Of a DNA stretch of 64,000 nucleotides, positions 49,160-59,377 are shown one piece after another; the stretch's first letter is position 1, and each line of letters begins with the position of its first letter. The notes beneath the pieces were generated by a model. The model saw nothing but the letters and a program-made list of their open reading frames with translations, ran no database searches and was not told the origin of the DNA. This DNA is from Candidatus Dormiibacterota bacterium (lineage in GTDB: Bacteria > Chloroflexota > Dormibacteria > Aeolococcales > Aeolococcaceae). The position numbers were made by a program, and so were the translations under genes. The stretch spans positions 2,496,001 to 2,560,000 of the forward strand of contig OY970355.1 in the NCBI GenBank assembly GCA_963718525.1. Direction: 5' to 3'.

Positions 49160-50575
49160 CTACGCAGTGGCACGCTCCTCCACCCGGGTCGCCGGTTGTG
49201 TTGCAGCCACCCGCTTGCGGGCTGGGATGACCGCTGCCGCGAGCGCTCCGACGGCAACCACCGCGCCGCCGACGGTGACGGCGGGGGTCAGCCCCGCGAC
49301 GAACGTCGCGCCCGAAGCGTACCCACCCCAGTGGGCGAAGATCGAAGCCAGCACGGTCACGCCGAGGACGCCGCCCAGCTCGCGGATGGCGTTGTTCGCC
49401 CCGGAGGCCTTGCCCTCCTCACGAGCGCTCACCGAGCTCAGCACGACATTCGCCACCGGTGCGAAGAACATGCCCATGCCGATGCCGCTGAGGATGAACG
49501 GCACGATGAATGCCGAATACGGAACGGTTGGGGTGATCACATGGCCGATCCAGATCAACCCGGTCGCCTGGAGCGCCAGCCCGATCGCCATCAGCGTGCG
49601 GCCGTTGATGCGGTCGGAGAGTGCACCCGCGGTGGGCGCGACGATGATCGGCATCGCCGTCCACGGAAGGATGCGCAAACCCGCGCCCAATGGGGAGAGG
49701 CCCTGCACGGTCTGGAAGAACTGCGCGAGCAGGAAGACGCTGCCGAACATCCCGAAGAACATGAACAGCGACGCGGCGTTTGCGCCGCTGAACGTCCGGT
49801 TGTTGAAGTAGCGGATGGGCAGCATCGGCGCACTCGAGCGGAGCTCGTAGATGACGAACATCACCATGAGTCCGATGCCGAGGGCAAGTGTCCCGAGGAT
49901 CTCGGGGCTCGTCCAACCCTGCTGGTTGGCGCGGACCAATCCCCAGACGATCGCGAAGAGACCGCCGCTGGCGATCACCAGACCGCCGAGGTCGAGACGG
50001 TTGTCGGCGCCGTGTGTCTCGTTCAAGCGAACCCTCGCGAGCGGGGCAAGCAGCAGGCCGATCGGCACGTTGACCCAGAAGATCCAGTGCCACGAGATGC
50101 CCTGAACGATCGCGCCTCCGACGATCGGTCCGACCGCGACGGCCAGACCGCCGATGCCTCCCCACGCGCCGAGCGCGACGCCGCGGCGATTCGCGGGTAC
50201 CCCAGCGCTCAGGATAGTTAGCGTCAATGGTGTCACCATCGCGGCGCCCGCCCCCTGCACGGCACGGGCGACGATCAGCATGGTCGGGCTCGACGCGAGC
50301 GCGGACGCCGCGGAGCCGAGCGTGAACACGGCAAGGCCGATCGAGAAGATGCGCCGCCTGCCGAAGCGATCACCGAGCGCGGCGCCGGTGAGCAACAGCA
50401 CCGCAAACGTCAGCGTGTACGCGTTGATCGTCCACTCCAGCTGCTGCAGGTTCGCGTTGAGATCGTGACGGATCACCGGCAACGCCGTGGTCACGACCAG
50501 GTTGTCGAGGGTGACCATAAACAGGGCGACCGAGGTGATCGCGAATGTCCAGATGACCTGGGACCGTCGAGCCAT
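49160..50575 (-). CDS. DHA2 (EmrB/QacA-type) 14-TM MFS efflux transporter
   Basis: [52 protein letters not shown]; AGGAGG SD. Confidence 0.94.
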   Translation of the reverse strand: MARRSQVIWTFAITSVALFMVTLDNLVVTTALPVIRHDLNANLQQLEWTINAYTLTFAVLLLTGAALGDRFGRRRIFSIGLAVFTLGSAASALASSPTMLIVARAVQGAGAAMVTPLTLTILSAGVPANRRGVALGAWGGIGGLAVAVGPIVGGAIVQGISWHWIFWVNVPIGLLLAPLARVRLNETHGADNRLDLGGLVIASGGLFAIVWGLVRANQQGWTSPEILGTLALGIGLMVMFVIYELRSSAPMLPIRYFNNRTFSGANAASLFMFFGMFGSVFLLAQFFQTVQGLSPLGAGLRILPWTAMPIIVAPTAGALSDRINGRTLMAIGLALQATGLIWIGHVITPTVPYSAFIVPFILSGIGMGMFFAPVANVVLSSVSAREEGKASGANNAIRELGGVLGVTVLASIFAHWGGYASGATFVAGLTPAVTVGGAVVAVGALAAAVIPARKRVAATQPATRVEERATA

Positions 50576-50608
50576 GATTCGTTCCTCCTTGACTGACCTG
50601 TGAGCTTC

Positions 50609-50631
50609 TAGTGATTACTCACTAACGTCAA
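50609..50631 (-). promoter_or_regulatory. TetR operator in the MFS promoter, adjacent to a -35 TTGACG
   Basis: Palindrome TAGTGATTACTCACTA (50609-24), nearly identical to the site at 51239-51254. Confidence 0.75.
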
Positions 50632-50653
50632 CAGACAAAAAAAATGCGGCCAC

Positions 50654-51226
50654 TTAAACGCCCAACTTCGCGTTCATGGCGCAGCCCTCGATGAGCCGCA
50701 TCGCCCATGCTTCCGGCTCGTCGATCTGCCCCATCATCGCGAGGACGTTGAGCAGCATTCCCTGAGCGAAGAAGAAGCTGAGGCGCGCCGAGTTGAGTCC
50801 GGTCAGCTCTCCCGCCACGCGCACGAGATGGCCGAATCCCTCGGCGACGACTGCGCGAATTGCCGGGTCGTCGCAGGCCGCATACGACTGCAGCTGGGCG
50901 CGCAATTTGAGCGGGCTGCGACGGATCTCGTCGAGGTACGCCTCCCCCATCGCTGTGAGCAACGCATCGCCTTCGAGTCCGCTCGCGGCGCGCTGGAAGA
51001 GCATCTCGGTATCCGCAAAGCAGCGCTTGATCGTGGCTATGATGAGGTCGCGCTTGGTGCCGAACAACCGGAACAGGTACGGCTGCGAGATGCCGGCCAT
51101 GCGGGCGATCACATCGGTGGATGCGCCCTCGTAGCCGCGCTCGGCGAAGACGATCACCGCGGCTTCGAGAATCTGCTCACGGCGCTCGGGGGCGGTCAGG
51201 CGTTCGACGGTGGCTGTGGGGGTCAC
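50654..51226 (-). CDS. TetR/AcrR-family transcriptional regulator
   Basis: RREQILEAA..VFAERGY.G.ST..IA..AGISQPYLFRLFGTK.DL. Confidence 0.95.
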   Translation of the reverse strand: MTPTATVERLTAPERREQILEAAVIVFAERGYEGASTDVIARMAGISQPYLFRLFGTKRDLIIATIKRCFADTEMLFQRAASGLEGDALLTAMGEAYLDEIRRSPLKLRAQLQSYAACDDPAIRAVVAEGFGHLVRVAGELTGLNSARLSFFFAQGMLLNVLAMMGQIDEPEAWAMRLIEGCAMNAKLGV

Positions 51227-51234
51227 GCCTCAGT

Positions 51235-51263
51235 ATGGTAGTGAGTACTCACCACCATGTCAA
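51235..51263 (-). promoter_or_regulatory. sigma70-type promoter (TTGACA-17-TACCAT) of tetR overlapped by a 24-bp operator palindrome
   Basis: ATGGTAGTGAGTACTCACCACCAT at 51235-58; -35 at 51258-63; -10 at 51235-40; GTG start 8 nt further on. Confidence 0.82.
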
Positions 51264-52210
51264 GGGGTTGAGCCGAAGATCGTGTCCAGGTAGGCGGCCG
51301 GGTCGAAGACGTTGAGATCGTCGAGCTCCTCCCCCAGCCCCACGAGCTTGACGGGGATCTTCAGCTGCTCTTCGACGGCCAGGAGCGTCCCGCCCCTGGC
51401 AGTTCCGTCCAGCTTCGTGATCACGAGCCCCGTCAGCTTGGTCGTCTCGTGGAACGCGAGCGCCTGGCGCATCGCGTTCATCCCAGTGGTCGCGTCCACG
51501 ACGAGGAGCACCTCGTGTGGAGCCTCGGGGATCAGCCGCTCCACCACTCGGCGGATCTTGCCGAGCTCGGCCATGAGATTCACCTTGGTGTGGAGGCGGC
51601 CCGCGGTGTCGACAAGGACCACGTCGACCCGGCGCGCCTCGGCAGCCTGTATGGCGTCGAAGACCACCGCGCCGGGGTCGGCGCCGGGCTGGTGGGCGAC
51701 CACGTCCGTCCCGGCACGATCCGCCCACACGCGCATCTGGTCAATCGCCGCAGCCCGATACGTGTCAGCCGCGGCGATGAGCGAGGTGCGGCCCTCCTCG
51801 CGCAACCGGTACGCCAGCTTCCCGATCGTGGTCGTCTTGCCGCTTCCGTTGACGCCGACCACGAGGACGACGCTCGGCACGCTGCTGAGGTGAAGCGAGC
51901 GGTCGTAGGTGTTCATCACCGAGAGAATCTCCGCCTTGAGGGCGGCGATCGCGGCCGTGGAGTCGGCCAGCTTCTCGCGGCGCGCTCGCTGGCGCAATGC
52001 TGCGGTCAGACGCTCCGCGAGCTCGACGCCGCAGTCGGCGGCGATGAGCACCTCGGTGAGCTCCTCGTAGAAGGCGTCATCGAGCTTCCGGCCCGGGGCG
52101 GCGAGCCCGTGCATCTCAGCGCTGAAGGCATTCGACGCCTTGTCCATTCGGCCGGAGACGCGACGCCACCAGGCGCTGCGCCTGATCGGGGCGACGACGT
52201 CGTCAGGCAT
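51260..52210 (-). CDS. ftsY: SRP receptor FtsY (short, NG domain only)
   Basis: LIAADCG, GVNGSGKTTTIGKLA, DTYRAAA, DTAGRLHTK.NLM.EL, TKLDGTARGG, GLGE..DDL. Confidence 0.97.
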   Translation of the reverse strand: MPDDVVAPIRRSAWWRRVSGRMDKASNAFSAEMHGLAAPGRKLDDAFYEELTEVLIAADCGVELAERLTAALRQRARREKLADSTAAIAALKAEILSVMNTYDRSLHLSSVPSVVLVVGVNGSGKTTTIGKLAYRLREEGRTSLIAAADTYRAAAIDQMRVWADRAGTDVVAHQPGADPGAVVFDAIQAAEARRVDVVLVDTAGRLHTKVNLMAELGKIRRVVERLIPEAPHEVLLVVDATTGMNAMRQALAFHETTKLTGLVITKLDGTARGGTLLAVEEQLKIPVKLVGLGEELDDLNVFDPAAYLDTIFGSTP

Positions 52211-52234
52211 CGCGCGGGTCAGCCATCGCGCCGG

Positions 52235-55200
52235 TCACCCGGCGACTCGATGCAGCGCGGCGGTCGGGGCGCCGACGTTCGACGCCTCGTCGAAGCGCAC
52301 TCCCAACACCGAGCTGGTGCCGTCGGCGTCGATGGTCACGCCCCAGAGCGCGTCAGCGGCGGCCATGGTGATGTGGTTGTGGGTGACCACGAGGAATTGC
52401 TGCTTGGCGCCGAGGCGGCGCAACAGCCTCGTGAAGCGGAGCACGTTGCTGTCGTCCAGGGCTGCATCGACCTCGTCGAAGACGTAGAAGGGGCTCGGGT
52501 TCACCTGCTGGAGGGCGAGCACGACAGCGAGCGCGGTCAACGCTCGCTCGCCACCGCTCAGCAGCCGAAGTGGCGTCTGGCGCTTTCCGGGGGGTTGGGC
52601 AAGGATCTCGACACCTGGGCGGCGCTCAGCCACCGACGGTGCGCCACCGTCGACGTCGAGCACGGGCGGCTCCGGCTGCTCGAGCCGCAGAGTCGCACGG
52701 CCGCCCGGGAACAGCTCCGCGTAGAGCTCCTGGAAGTGGAACGATACGGCTCCGAAAACTGTGTCGAAGCGCTGCTCGATCTCGCGTTCGAGGTGTCGGG
52801 CCAGAGCGCGCAGCGCGGCAGCCGCGCCGGCCAGGTCATCCCGCTGCACAGCGATCATGCCGACGCGCGCGCTGAGTACCTCGTGCTGCTCGGGCGCGAG
52901 CGCGTTGACAGCGCCGAGCCCGGCGATCCGGCGCTCGAGCCGCACGATCTCGCGCTCGGCACGCTCCGCGGCCGCAGGGTCGAGCTCCACGGAATCGTCG
53001 TCGCTCGAGTCGCGAACCGCGTCGGCGTGCTCGGCGACGGCGATCTCGCAGACGCTGACCTCCTGCTCGGCGGCATGGAGCTCGTCGGTGGCCCGGGCGA
53101 CGGCGACCGCCACCTCCGCGTGCTCAGCATCGAGCGCGCGAACTGCGAGCTCGAGCTCAGGGATCGGCAGCGCGACCAGGTCGAGCTCGTCCTGCGCGGC
53201 GGCTTGCTCGATCGCCGCTCGCGAAGCCTCGCCCCGCCCCTGGAGTCCGTGCACGATTGCAGCGAGCGCGTCGCCCTCCGCGATGAGCCGTCGCGTCTCC
53301 GCCGCGGCGAGACGGGATCGTGCGGCGTCGAGCGCGCGCCGTGCAGCCTCGCGCCGCTCCTCGACATGAGCGCCCTCCGCCTTTGCCCTGGAGAGCACGA
53401 GCTCAGCCGCTTCCGCGGCGAGCCTGGCGGTATCGGCGGCGGCGCGTACCTGCCGGGAGTGCGCCTCGGTCGCGCCCAACGTCGCCTCGAGCCCGACCAG
53501 GCGCTCGCCTGCCGCCGCAAACTCGCGCTCCGCTCGTGACTGCGCCTCGGTCGCCGCGTCCGCTTCGGCTCGTCGGGTCACCACGGTCGCCGCCGAGCGT
53601 TCCGCCTGCGCCACCGCGGCGTCGAGCGCTTGCCGGGCGCCGCCCGCCACCGCCGCCGCAGACGCTTCCGCGGCACGAGCCGAGCGATCGGCCTCCACCG
53701 CGACCGACAGCGCCTGGTCCAGATCGTTGAGCCGGTCGCGAGCGTTGGCGGCGGTCACCACCGCGGCCGCCTCGGCGCGCTCCGCCTGCTCGGCTGCGGC
53801 TGCCGCCGAGCGCTCCTCACGGGCCAAGTCGAGCGTGTCGACCGCGCGTCCACCACGCAGCCCCGACGGCGAGATCACCGTTCCGTCCGCGAGCACGGCC
53901 AGCGACGCCCCGTGCCCGAAGGCGGCGAGCGCCAGCTCGAGGTCTGGGGCGACCCACACGCCGCGAAGAAGATGGCTCACCGCGCCTCGTGCTGCCGGCG
54001 TCGCCGCGACGGCGCGGGACAGGAGGATATACGGCGCCGGGGGTGGCTGCTCGGTGACCGAATCGAGGTTGGCGCGGATCAGGCGCTCGCGCGGACCTTC
54101 GGGGTCGAGGTGGGTTGCGCTGGCCACCACGTCGTCAACCAGCCATGCGCCGAGGCTCTCCTCGAGGGCGGCCGCCACGGCGCCTGCGAGCGCATCGTCA
54201 GTGATCTGGAGACAGTCGACGAGACGGCGAGCCTGGAGGGAGCCGGCGGCCACGGCTCGTGCGATGCCGCCATCTGCGGCGCTGCCGCTGAGCCGCCCAC
54301 GAGCTGCGGCAAGCGCTGCCAGAGCCAGGCGGGCCTCCCCGGCGGCCTCCGCGACGGCACGGTCGGCTGCGTTGACCGCCTCCCATGCCGCATCGACGGC
54401 AGCCCGCGTGTCTCCGACCTTCGCGGCAGTCTCGGCGGCTCGCTGGGCAGCGTCACGGGCTGCAACGTTGTACGCCGCCAGCGCCGCGCCGAGCTCAGTG
54501 ATGTGCGCTGCAGCCGTCTCGGATTCGACGACAAGTGCTTGCACTGCCGCTGCGGCCAGCTCTGCGCGTGCGGTCGCCGCCCGCGCGTCCGCGCCCGAGC
54601 TGGCTCGGTCGTGTTGGGCGGCCGCGAGACCGGCGGCCGCAGCAGCGAACCGCTGGTCCTCGATCTCGGCCTCGGCTGCCGCCTCAGTGGCCACCAGGCG
54701 CAACGGCGCCGCCTCGCGCTCAAGCACCTCCCAGGTGCGCTGCTCGTCGCCGGCCTCGATACCGGCAAGCGCAGCCGCAGCCGCCTGCACCTCAGGAAGC
54801 GTCGCGTCGACGTCCGCAACCGCGACACCGCGTTGCGAGACCGCAGAACGGAGCCGGTCGGCGAATCGACGTTGCAGCCCTTCCCCACGTTCGACCTGAA
54901 TCCGGGCGTCCTCGAGGCGGCGAGCCGCCGCGTCGCGAGCCTCCCGAACAGCCTCGAGGCTGCGGCGAGCAGCATCCGACCGATGGGCGAACGCGGCGTC
55001 TACCTCTGCGGCGGCCTCGCACCGTCCCAGCGCCTGCTCCAGGCGCCGGCGCGCGAGCTTGAGACTTGCCCTCGCCGCGCGCCATTCCTCATGGGCGAGG
55101 CTGCCGCGCAACTCCGTCAGACGGAGACTCATCGCCCCGAGCTCAATCGCCGCGACCGACTGCTCGCTCAACTCGGCGAGCCGGGGAGTCGCGTCCTCGA

Positions 55201-55786
55201 GCAGATCGGTGAGCCGCCGGACGATGACGTCAACCCCATCCAGCCGGTGCGCCGCCTCTTCGCAGGCCGCTCGCAACGCGCGTACGCCCGCCGCCTGTTC
55301 GACCAGGGTCCGGCGCTGTGCGGGGGTCGCTTCGATGATGCCGTCGATATCGTTCTGCACCACGACGGCATAGCCGTTCTGGGTGAGTCCCGTGCCCCCG
55401 AGCAACCGTTCGAGATCTCGCAGTCGCGCGTGCTCGCCGTTGATGCGGAACTCGGTGTCGCGATCGCCGCGGGCAACCCGCCGGCTGACCGAGACCTCGG
55501 GGTCCTCGGAGGGCAGCGTGCCCTCCTCGTTGTCGATGACCAGCTCGACCTGGGCGAGTCCCATGCGCTGACGCCCGCCGCCACCCGCGTAGATGACCTC
55601 GTCCATGCGCTGTCCACGAAGCTCGCGGGCGTTGGTCTCGCCGAGCGCCCAGCGCACGGCGTCGACCAGGTTGCTCTTACCGCTGCCGTTAGGCCCGACG
55701 ATGGCGGTGATGCCGGGGTCGAAGATCACCTCGCTGCGCGCCGCGAAGGTCTTGAACCCGGACAGGGTGATCCGCCGGAGCCTCAT
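52235..55786 (-). CDS. smc: Chromosome segregation protein SMC
   Basis: [18 protein letters not shown]-loop VVQ, central hinge, [18 protein letters not shown]. Confidence 0.95.
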   Translation of the reverse strand: MRLRRITLSGFKTFAARSEVIFDPGITAIVGPNGSGKSNLVDAVRWALGETNARELRGQRMDEVIYAGGGGRQRMGLAQVELVIDNEEGTLPSEDPEVSVSRRVARGDRDTEFRINGEHARLRDLERLLGGTGLTQNGYAVVVQNDIDGIIEATPAQRRTLVEQAAGVRALRAACEEAAHRLDGVDVIVRRLTDLLEDATPRLAELSEQSVAAIELGAMSLRLTELRGSLAHEEWRAARASLKLARRRLEQALGRCEAAAEVDAAFAHRSDAARRSLEAVREARDAAARRLEDARIQVERGEGLQRRFADRLRSAVSQRGVAVADVDATLPEVQAAAAALAGIEAGDEQRTWEVLEREAAPLRLVATEAAAEAEIEDQRFAAAAAGLAAAQHDRASSGADARAATARAELAAAAVQALVVESETAAAHITELGAALAAYNVAARDAAQRAAETAAKVGDTRAAVDAAWEAVNAADRAVAEAAGEARLALAALAAARGRLSGSAADGGIARAVAAGSLQARRLVDCLQITDDALAGAVAAALEESLGAWLVDDVVASATHLDPEGPRERLIRANLDSVTEQPPPAPYILLSRAVAATPAARGAVSHLLRGVWVAPDLELALAAFGHGASLAVLADGTVISPSGLRGGRAVDTLDLAREERSAAAAAEQAERAEAAAVVTAANARDRLNDLDQALSVAVEADRSARAAEASAAAVAGGARQALDAAVAQAERSAATVVTRRAEADAATEAQSRAEREFAAAGERLVGLEATLGATEAHSRQVRAAADTARLAAEAAELVLSRAKAEGAHVEERREAARRALDAARSRLAAAETRRLIAEGDALAAIVHGLQGRGEASRAAIEQAAAQDELDLVALPIPELELAVRALDAEHAEVAVAVARATDELHAAEQEVSVCEIAVAEHADAVRDSSDDDSVELDPAAAERAEREIVRLERRIAGLGAVNALAPEQHEVLSARVGMIAVQRDDLAGAAAALRALARHLEREIEQRFDTVFGAVSFHFQELYAELFPGGRATLRLEQPEPPVLDVDGGAPSVAERRPGVEILAQPPGKRQTPLRLLSGGERALTALAVVLALQQVNPSPFYVFDEVDAALDDSNVLRFTRLLRRLGAKQQFLVVTHNHITMAAADALWGVTIDADGTSSVLGVRFDEASNVGAPTAALHRVAG

Positions 55787-55865
55787 CCGGGCGATTGTCC
55801 ATGCGGGGAGCGCAGCACGTCAACATCTTGCGCCACGCTGATCTCCCGGCCACAAGATCTGGTGC

Positions 55866-56984
55866 TCATGTCGCGGCGGGCGGGGTGCTGCCACCGCCGC
55901 GACCCCGGCCGCCCCGACGGCCGCGCCGCCGGCGCGGCGCCGGTGCGGAGGCCTCGGCCTTGGGTGGAGGGGGCGCCTGCTGCCGTCCCACGAGCGCCTC
56001 GGCGGCGTGGCGCAGCGCCGACAGGAGGCTTCTGCTCCGCCGCGGGGTCGCGACCTCAGGCGTCGCTCCAGACACGTCGACTGGGCGTGCCCCGGACCGC
56101 CCTCGTCGCCGCCGTGGCGTCGCCCCGCGATCGGCGGCGACCTCGGCGACGCGGCGGCGCACCCGTGCAGGTTCCGACGCCACGGTCTTGGCGGCATCGC
56201 GCGCTGCCCCGACTGCGGCGGCCGCACCTCCGCGGCTCGTCTTCGTGAGCTTGTCGAGAGCGTCGTGCGCGGCCGCCTGCTCGGCGGCCTGCTTGGTCGG
56301 ACCGCGCCCCGTGCCGCCGACACGCTCGCCGAGCAGCACCTCGGCGGTGTACTCGCGCTTGTGCCCGGGACCGCCCGTGGCGATGACCCGATAATGGGGA
56401 GTGTCGCCGGTGCGATCCTGCGACGCCTGCTGGAGCTGGCCCTTGAAGTTCTCGTCGCTCCACTCAGCGAGGTCGCCGATGTTCTGGAGAAACACCTTCG
56501 TGGCCGCTCGGTAGCCCTGGTCGAGGAAGATCGCGCCGATCATCGCCTCGAAGGCGTTGGCCAGCAGCGATGGCAGCTTGCGCGCCCCGGTCTTGACGGC
56601 TCCCCGCCCCATCAGCAGTGTCTCGCCGAGCTCCAGACGCTCGCCGAGGCGGGCCAGCGACGTCGTGTTGACGAGCGCCGCGCGGAGCTGGGTCAACTGG
56701 CCCTCGTCGTAGGTGGGGAACCGCCGGAACAGGTACTCGCCGACTACCAGCTCGAGGACGGCGTCGCCGAGGTACTCGAGTCGCTCGTTATCGTGCCCGG
56801 GACCGGCCGGCTCGCCGTGCTCGTTGTTCCACGAAGCGTGGGTCATCGCCTCGCGAAGCAACTCCTGCTTGCGGAACTGGATACCGATCCGCTTCTGGAG
56901 GTCGCGCAGGCGCTCGAGCTCCGCATCGCCGAGCGGCGACGGCGTCTGTTTCGGCGCCGGCAGCTGTTTGGGGGCCGGCGCCAT
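55866..56984 (-). CDS. rnc: Ribonuclease III with a ~125-aa basic, disordered C-terminal extension
   Basis: A.TH.S, NERLEYLGDAVL, EGQLT.LRA.LV, FEA.IGAIFLD, dsRBD (K..LQ...Q..., GP.H, G.G.TK..AEQ.AA). Start ATG 56984. Confidence 0.96.
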   Translation of the reverse strand: MAPAPKQLPAPKQTPSPLGDAELERLRDLQKRIGIQFRKQELLREAMTHASWNNEHGEPAGPGHDNERLEYLGDAVLELVVGEYLFRRFPTYDEGQLTQLRAALVNTTSLARLGERLELGETLLMGRGAVKTGARKLPSLLANAFEAMIGAIFLDQGYRAATKVFLQNIGDLAEWSDENFKGQLQQASQDRTGDTPHYRVIATGGPGHKREYTAEVLLGERVGGTGRGPTKQAAEQAAAHDALDKLTKTSRGGAAAAVGAARDAAKTVASEPARVRRRVAEVAADRGATPRRRRGRSGARPVDVSGATPEVATPRRSRSLLSALRHAAEALVGRQQAPPPPKAEASAPAPRRRRGRRGGRGRGGGSTPPAAT

Positions 56985-57007
56985 GGCTGGAGCCTGAGCC
57001 GGAGGGG

Positions 57008-57256
57008 CTAGGTTGTCGCCCCCACCTTCTCCTGGATGTAATCCCAGGCCTGAGCCACTGTCCCGATCTTCTCCGCGTCCTCGTCGGAGATCTCCATCTG
57101 GTACTCCTCCTCGAACGCCATGATCAACTCGACCAGGTCGAGTGAGTCCGCGTTCAGGTCCTCCACGAACGACGCCTCCGGCGTCACCTGCTCGGTCTCC
57201 ACGCCGAGTTGATCGGCGACGATCGCCTTGAACCGGTCGAAGGTTAGATCTGGCAT
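57008..57256 (-). CDS. acpP: Acyl carrier protein
   Basis: IVADQLGV....[26 protein letters not shown]. Start ATG 57256. Confidence 0.97.
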   Translation of the reverse strand: MPDLTFDRFKAIVADQLGVETEQVTPEASFVEDLNADSLDLVELIMAFEEEYQMEISDEDAEKIGTVAQAWDYIQEKVGATT

Positions 57257-57415
57257 CAGGCGTTCCTTGTGATGGTGTGGCTGCGGCAGGTGCCGCATCA
57301 GTCTCGGGCGAAACGATAGCGTCAGAAGCGGGGGGGCGCCACGCAAATGGCCCGGAAGCGCCGTCGATGATGCGTTCCGATGGGCCGTCGGTATTGGTTG
57401 GGGGGCCGGCGTCAC

Positions 57416-58174
57416 TCACGCCGCGAGACCGCCGTCGACGTGCAGCACGTGGCCGGTGATGTACGCCGACTCTGGCAGGACGAGGAATGCGATCGCTGCG
57501 GCGACTTCGTCTGCGGTCCCCATGCGGCCCTTGGGGATGGTCGCGATCGCTCCTGCCTGGAGGGCCTCGCCGAGCGACGTGGTCATCTCGGTCTCGATGA
57601 AACCGGGAGCGACCGCGTTGACGGTGATGTCCCTACTCGCCACCTCGCGTGCCAGCGACTTGGTGAGCCCGATCAGGCCCGCCTTGGCCGCCGCATAGTT
57701 GGACTGCCCGGCGTTGCCGATGACCCCGGAGACGCTGGACACGTTGACGATGCGCCCGAATCGCTGGCGCAGCATGGGCCGCAGGGCGGCGCGGCAGATG
57801 TGAAATGCCGCGGTGAGATCGACGGCGATCACCGCGTCCCAGTCTTCGTCCGTCAGGCGCACGGCCAGGTTGTCCCGGGCGATGCCGGCGTTGTTGACGA
57901 CGATGTCGAGACCGCCAAGTGCCTGCACCGTCTGATCCACGAGCCGGGCGGCTGCTTTGGGGTCGGCGAGGTCGGCGCCCAGTGCGACGGCGCTCACCTT
58001 GTGCTCGACCTGGAGTGCGGCGACCACTGCTTCAGCGTTGTCCGGATGAGCCGAATAGCCAATCGCCACGGACGCACCGGCTCGTGCCAGCGCAATCGCG
58101 GTTGCCTTCCCGATGCCCCGCGACGCACCGGTGACCAGCGCACGCCGTCCTTCCAGCGCGCGGGTCTCGCTCAC
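57416..58174 (-). CDS. fabG: 3-oxoacyl-ACP reductase
   Basis: VTGASRGIG, VNNAGI, GN.GQ.NYAAAKAG, NAVAPGFI.T, ITG..L.VDGG. Start GTG 58174. Confidence 0.96.
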   Translation of the reverse strand: MSETRALEGRRALVTGASRGIGKATAIALARAGASVAIGYSAHPDNAEAVVAALQVEHKVSAVALGADLADPKAAARLVDQTVQALGGLDIVVNNAGIARDNLAVRLTDEDWDAVIAVDLTAAFHICRAALRPMLRQRFGRIVNVSSVSGVIGNAGQSNYAAAKAGLIGLTKSLAREVASRDITVNAVAPGFIETEMTTSLGEALQAGAIATIPKGRMGTADEVAAAIAFLVLPESAYITGHVLHVDGGLAA

Positions 58175-59094
58175 CCGGCGACCGCCGCGCTGTCGAGCCG
58201 TGCCGCCGCGTCGATCGTGCTCACCGACAGCGCGCGCACGCTGGGCACGATTCGCCGGGCGAGTCCGCTGAGCACGTTGCCGGGGCCGACCTCGACGAGC
58301 GTCTCGGCGCCGAGCTCCACGAGCCGGTGCACACAGTCGATCCACCGCACCGGTGACGTGAGCTGCGCGCGCAGTCGATCACGCAGCTCGCCCGCGGTAT
58401 GGACGTCGCGGCCATCCACATTGCAGACGACCGGGGGACTCGGATCGGTGATCACCACGCCCTCCAGCGCCGATTCAAACGCCGCGGCCGCCAATGTCAT
58501 CAGCGGCGAGTGAAATGCGCCGCTCACACTGAGCGGGACTGCGCGTCTCGCGCCATTCGCGAGGGCACGTTGTGACGCCGCGTCGACCCCCGCCGCCGAG
58601 CCGCTGATCACCAGCTGCCCGGGCGCATTGTGATTGGCGATCACCACGATCTCGCCGGTTGCGCGCTGTGCCTCGTCGCATGCCGCGATCGCACCCGCAA
58701 CATCGATACCGATCAACGCGCACATGGTGCCATCGCGCATTGCTGCCATGGCTCTCCCGCGCTCGATGACAAGTCGCATCGCGTCGGCGGGCTGGAGCGC
58801 GTTCGCGGCCACCGCCGCGGCGTACTCGCCGACGCTGTGTCCCGCCACCGCGACGACATCGAGGTCATCAGGCAGGGTGCTGCGCAGCGCGCACTCGACG
58901 ACGAGCAGCGCCGGCTGGGCGATCTCGGTAGGACGGAGTTGCGTCGCATCGCCCGCAAGCGCCGTTTTCAGATCCAGCCCGGACAACTCCGCAACGGCGA
59001 GCATTTCGACGGCGATTGGGAGATCCGTCAGCCCATCCGCCATACCGGCGGCTTGGCTGCCCTGTCCGGGAAAGCAGAGTGCGACTCGGGCCAA
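58171..59094 (-). CDS. fabD: Malonyl-CoA:ACP transacylase
   Basis: FPGQGSQ, AQPA, GHSVGEY, AN.N...Q.VISG, VSGAFHS.LM, QL..PVRW, EVGPG.VL. Confidence 0.97.
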   Translation of the reverse strand: MARVALCFPGQGSQAAGMADGLTDLPIAVEMLAVAELSGLDLKTALAGDATQLRPTEIAQPALLVVECALRSTLPDDLDVVAVAGHSVGEYAAAVAANALQPADAMRLVIERGRAMAAMRDGTMCALIGIDVAGAIAACDEAQRATGEIVVIANHNAPGQLVISGSAAGVDAASQRALANGARRAVPLSVSGAFHSPLMTLAAAAFESALEGVVITDPSPPVVCNVDGRDVHTAGELRDRLRAQLTSPVRWIDCVHRLVELGAETLVEVGPGNVLSGLARRIVPSVRALSVSTIDAAARLDSAAVAG

Positions 59095-59106
59095 CAGGAC
59101 CGATGG

Positions 59107-59283
59107 TTACTCAGTGACCGACACTTCGCGGCCGTGATAGTAGCCGCAGTTCGGACAGACGCGGTGAGGGATTCGCGGCTGGCGGCAGCGCGGGCAGGGC
59201 GACAGCGTCGGCATTTCCAGGGCGTGGTGGGAGCGCCGAAAGTCGCGGCGGCGCTTTGAGATCTTTTGCTTGGGAAGCGGCAT
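59107..59283 (-). CDS. rpmF: 50S ribosomal protein L32 (zinc-ribbon type)
   Basis: Not in the ORF track (58 aa); translated by hand: MPLPKQKISKRRRDFRRSHHALEMPTLSPCPRCRQPRIPHRVCPNCGYYHGREVSVTE. Confidence 0.96.
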   Translation of the reverse strand: MPLPKQKISKRRRDFRRSHHALEMPTLSPCPRCRQPRIPHRVCPNCGYYHGREVSVTE

Positions 59284-59377
59284 GCTCGGTTTCTCCGGGG
59301 ACCGCGCACACGCACGGCGGCGCGGCCAATGGGTGCGGTCAGTATAGCGGTGCGTCCAATGCGGGCGACCCGAGACG

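Noticed and set aside
50637-50653. T8 tract (minus strand) after tetR as an intrinsic terminator
   Set aside because: No convincing stem precedes it; it is more likely an AT-rich element upstream of the MFS -35.
53000-55100. Very Ala-rich, repetitive SMC arms as a possible novel repeat protein
   Set aside because: Head and hinge motifs and total length match ordinary SMC; the composition is consistent with GC bias.
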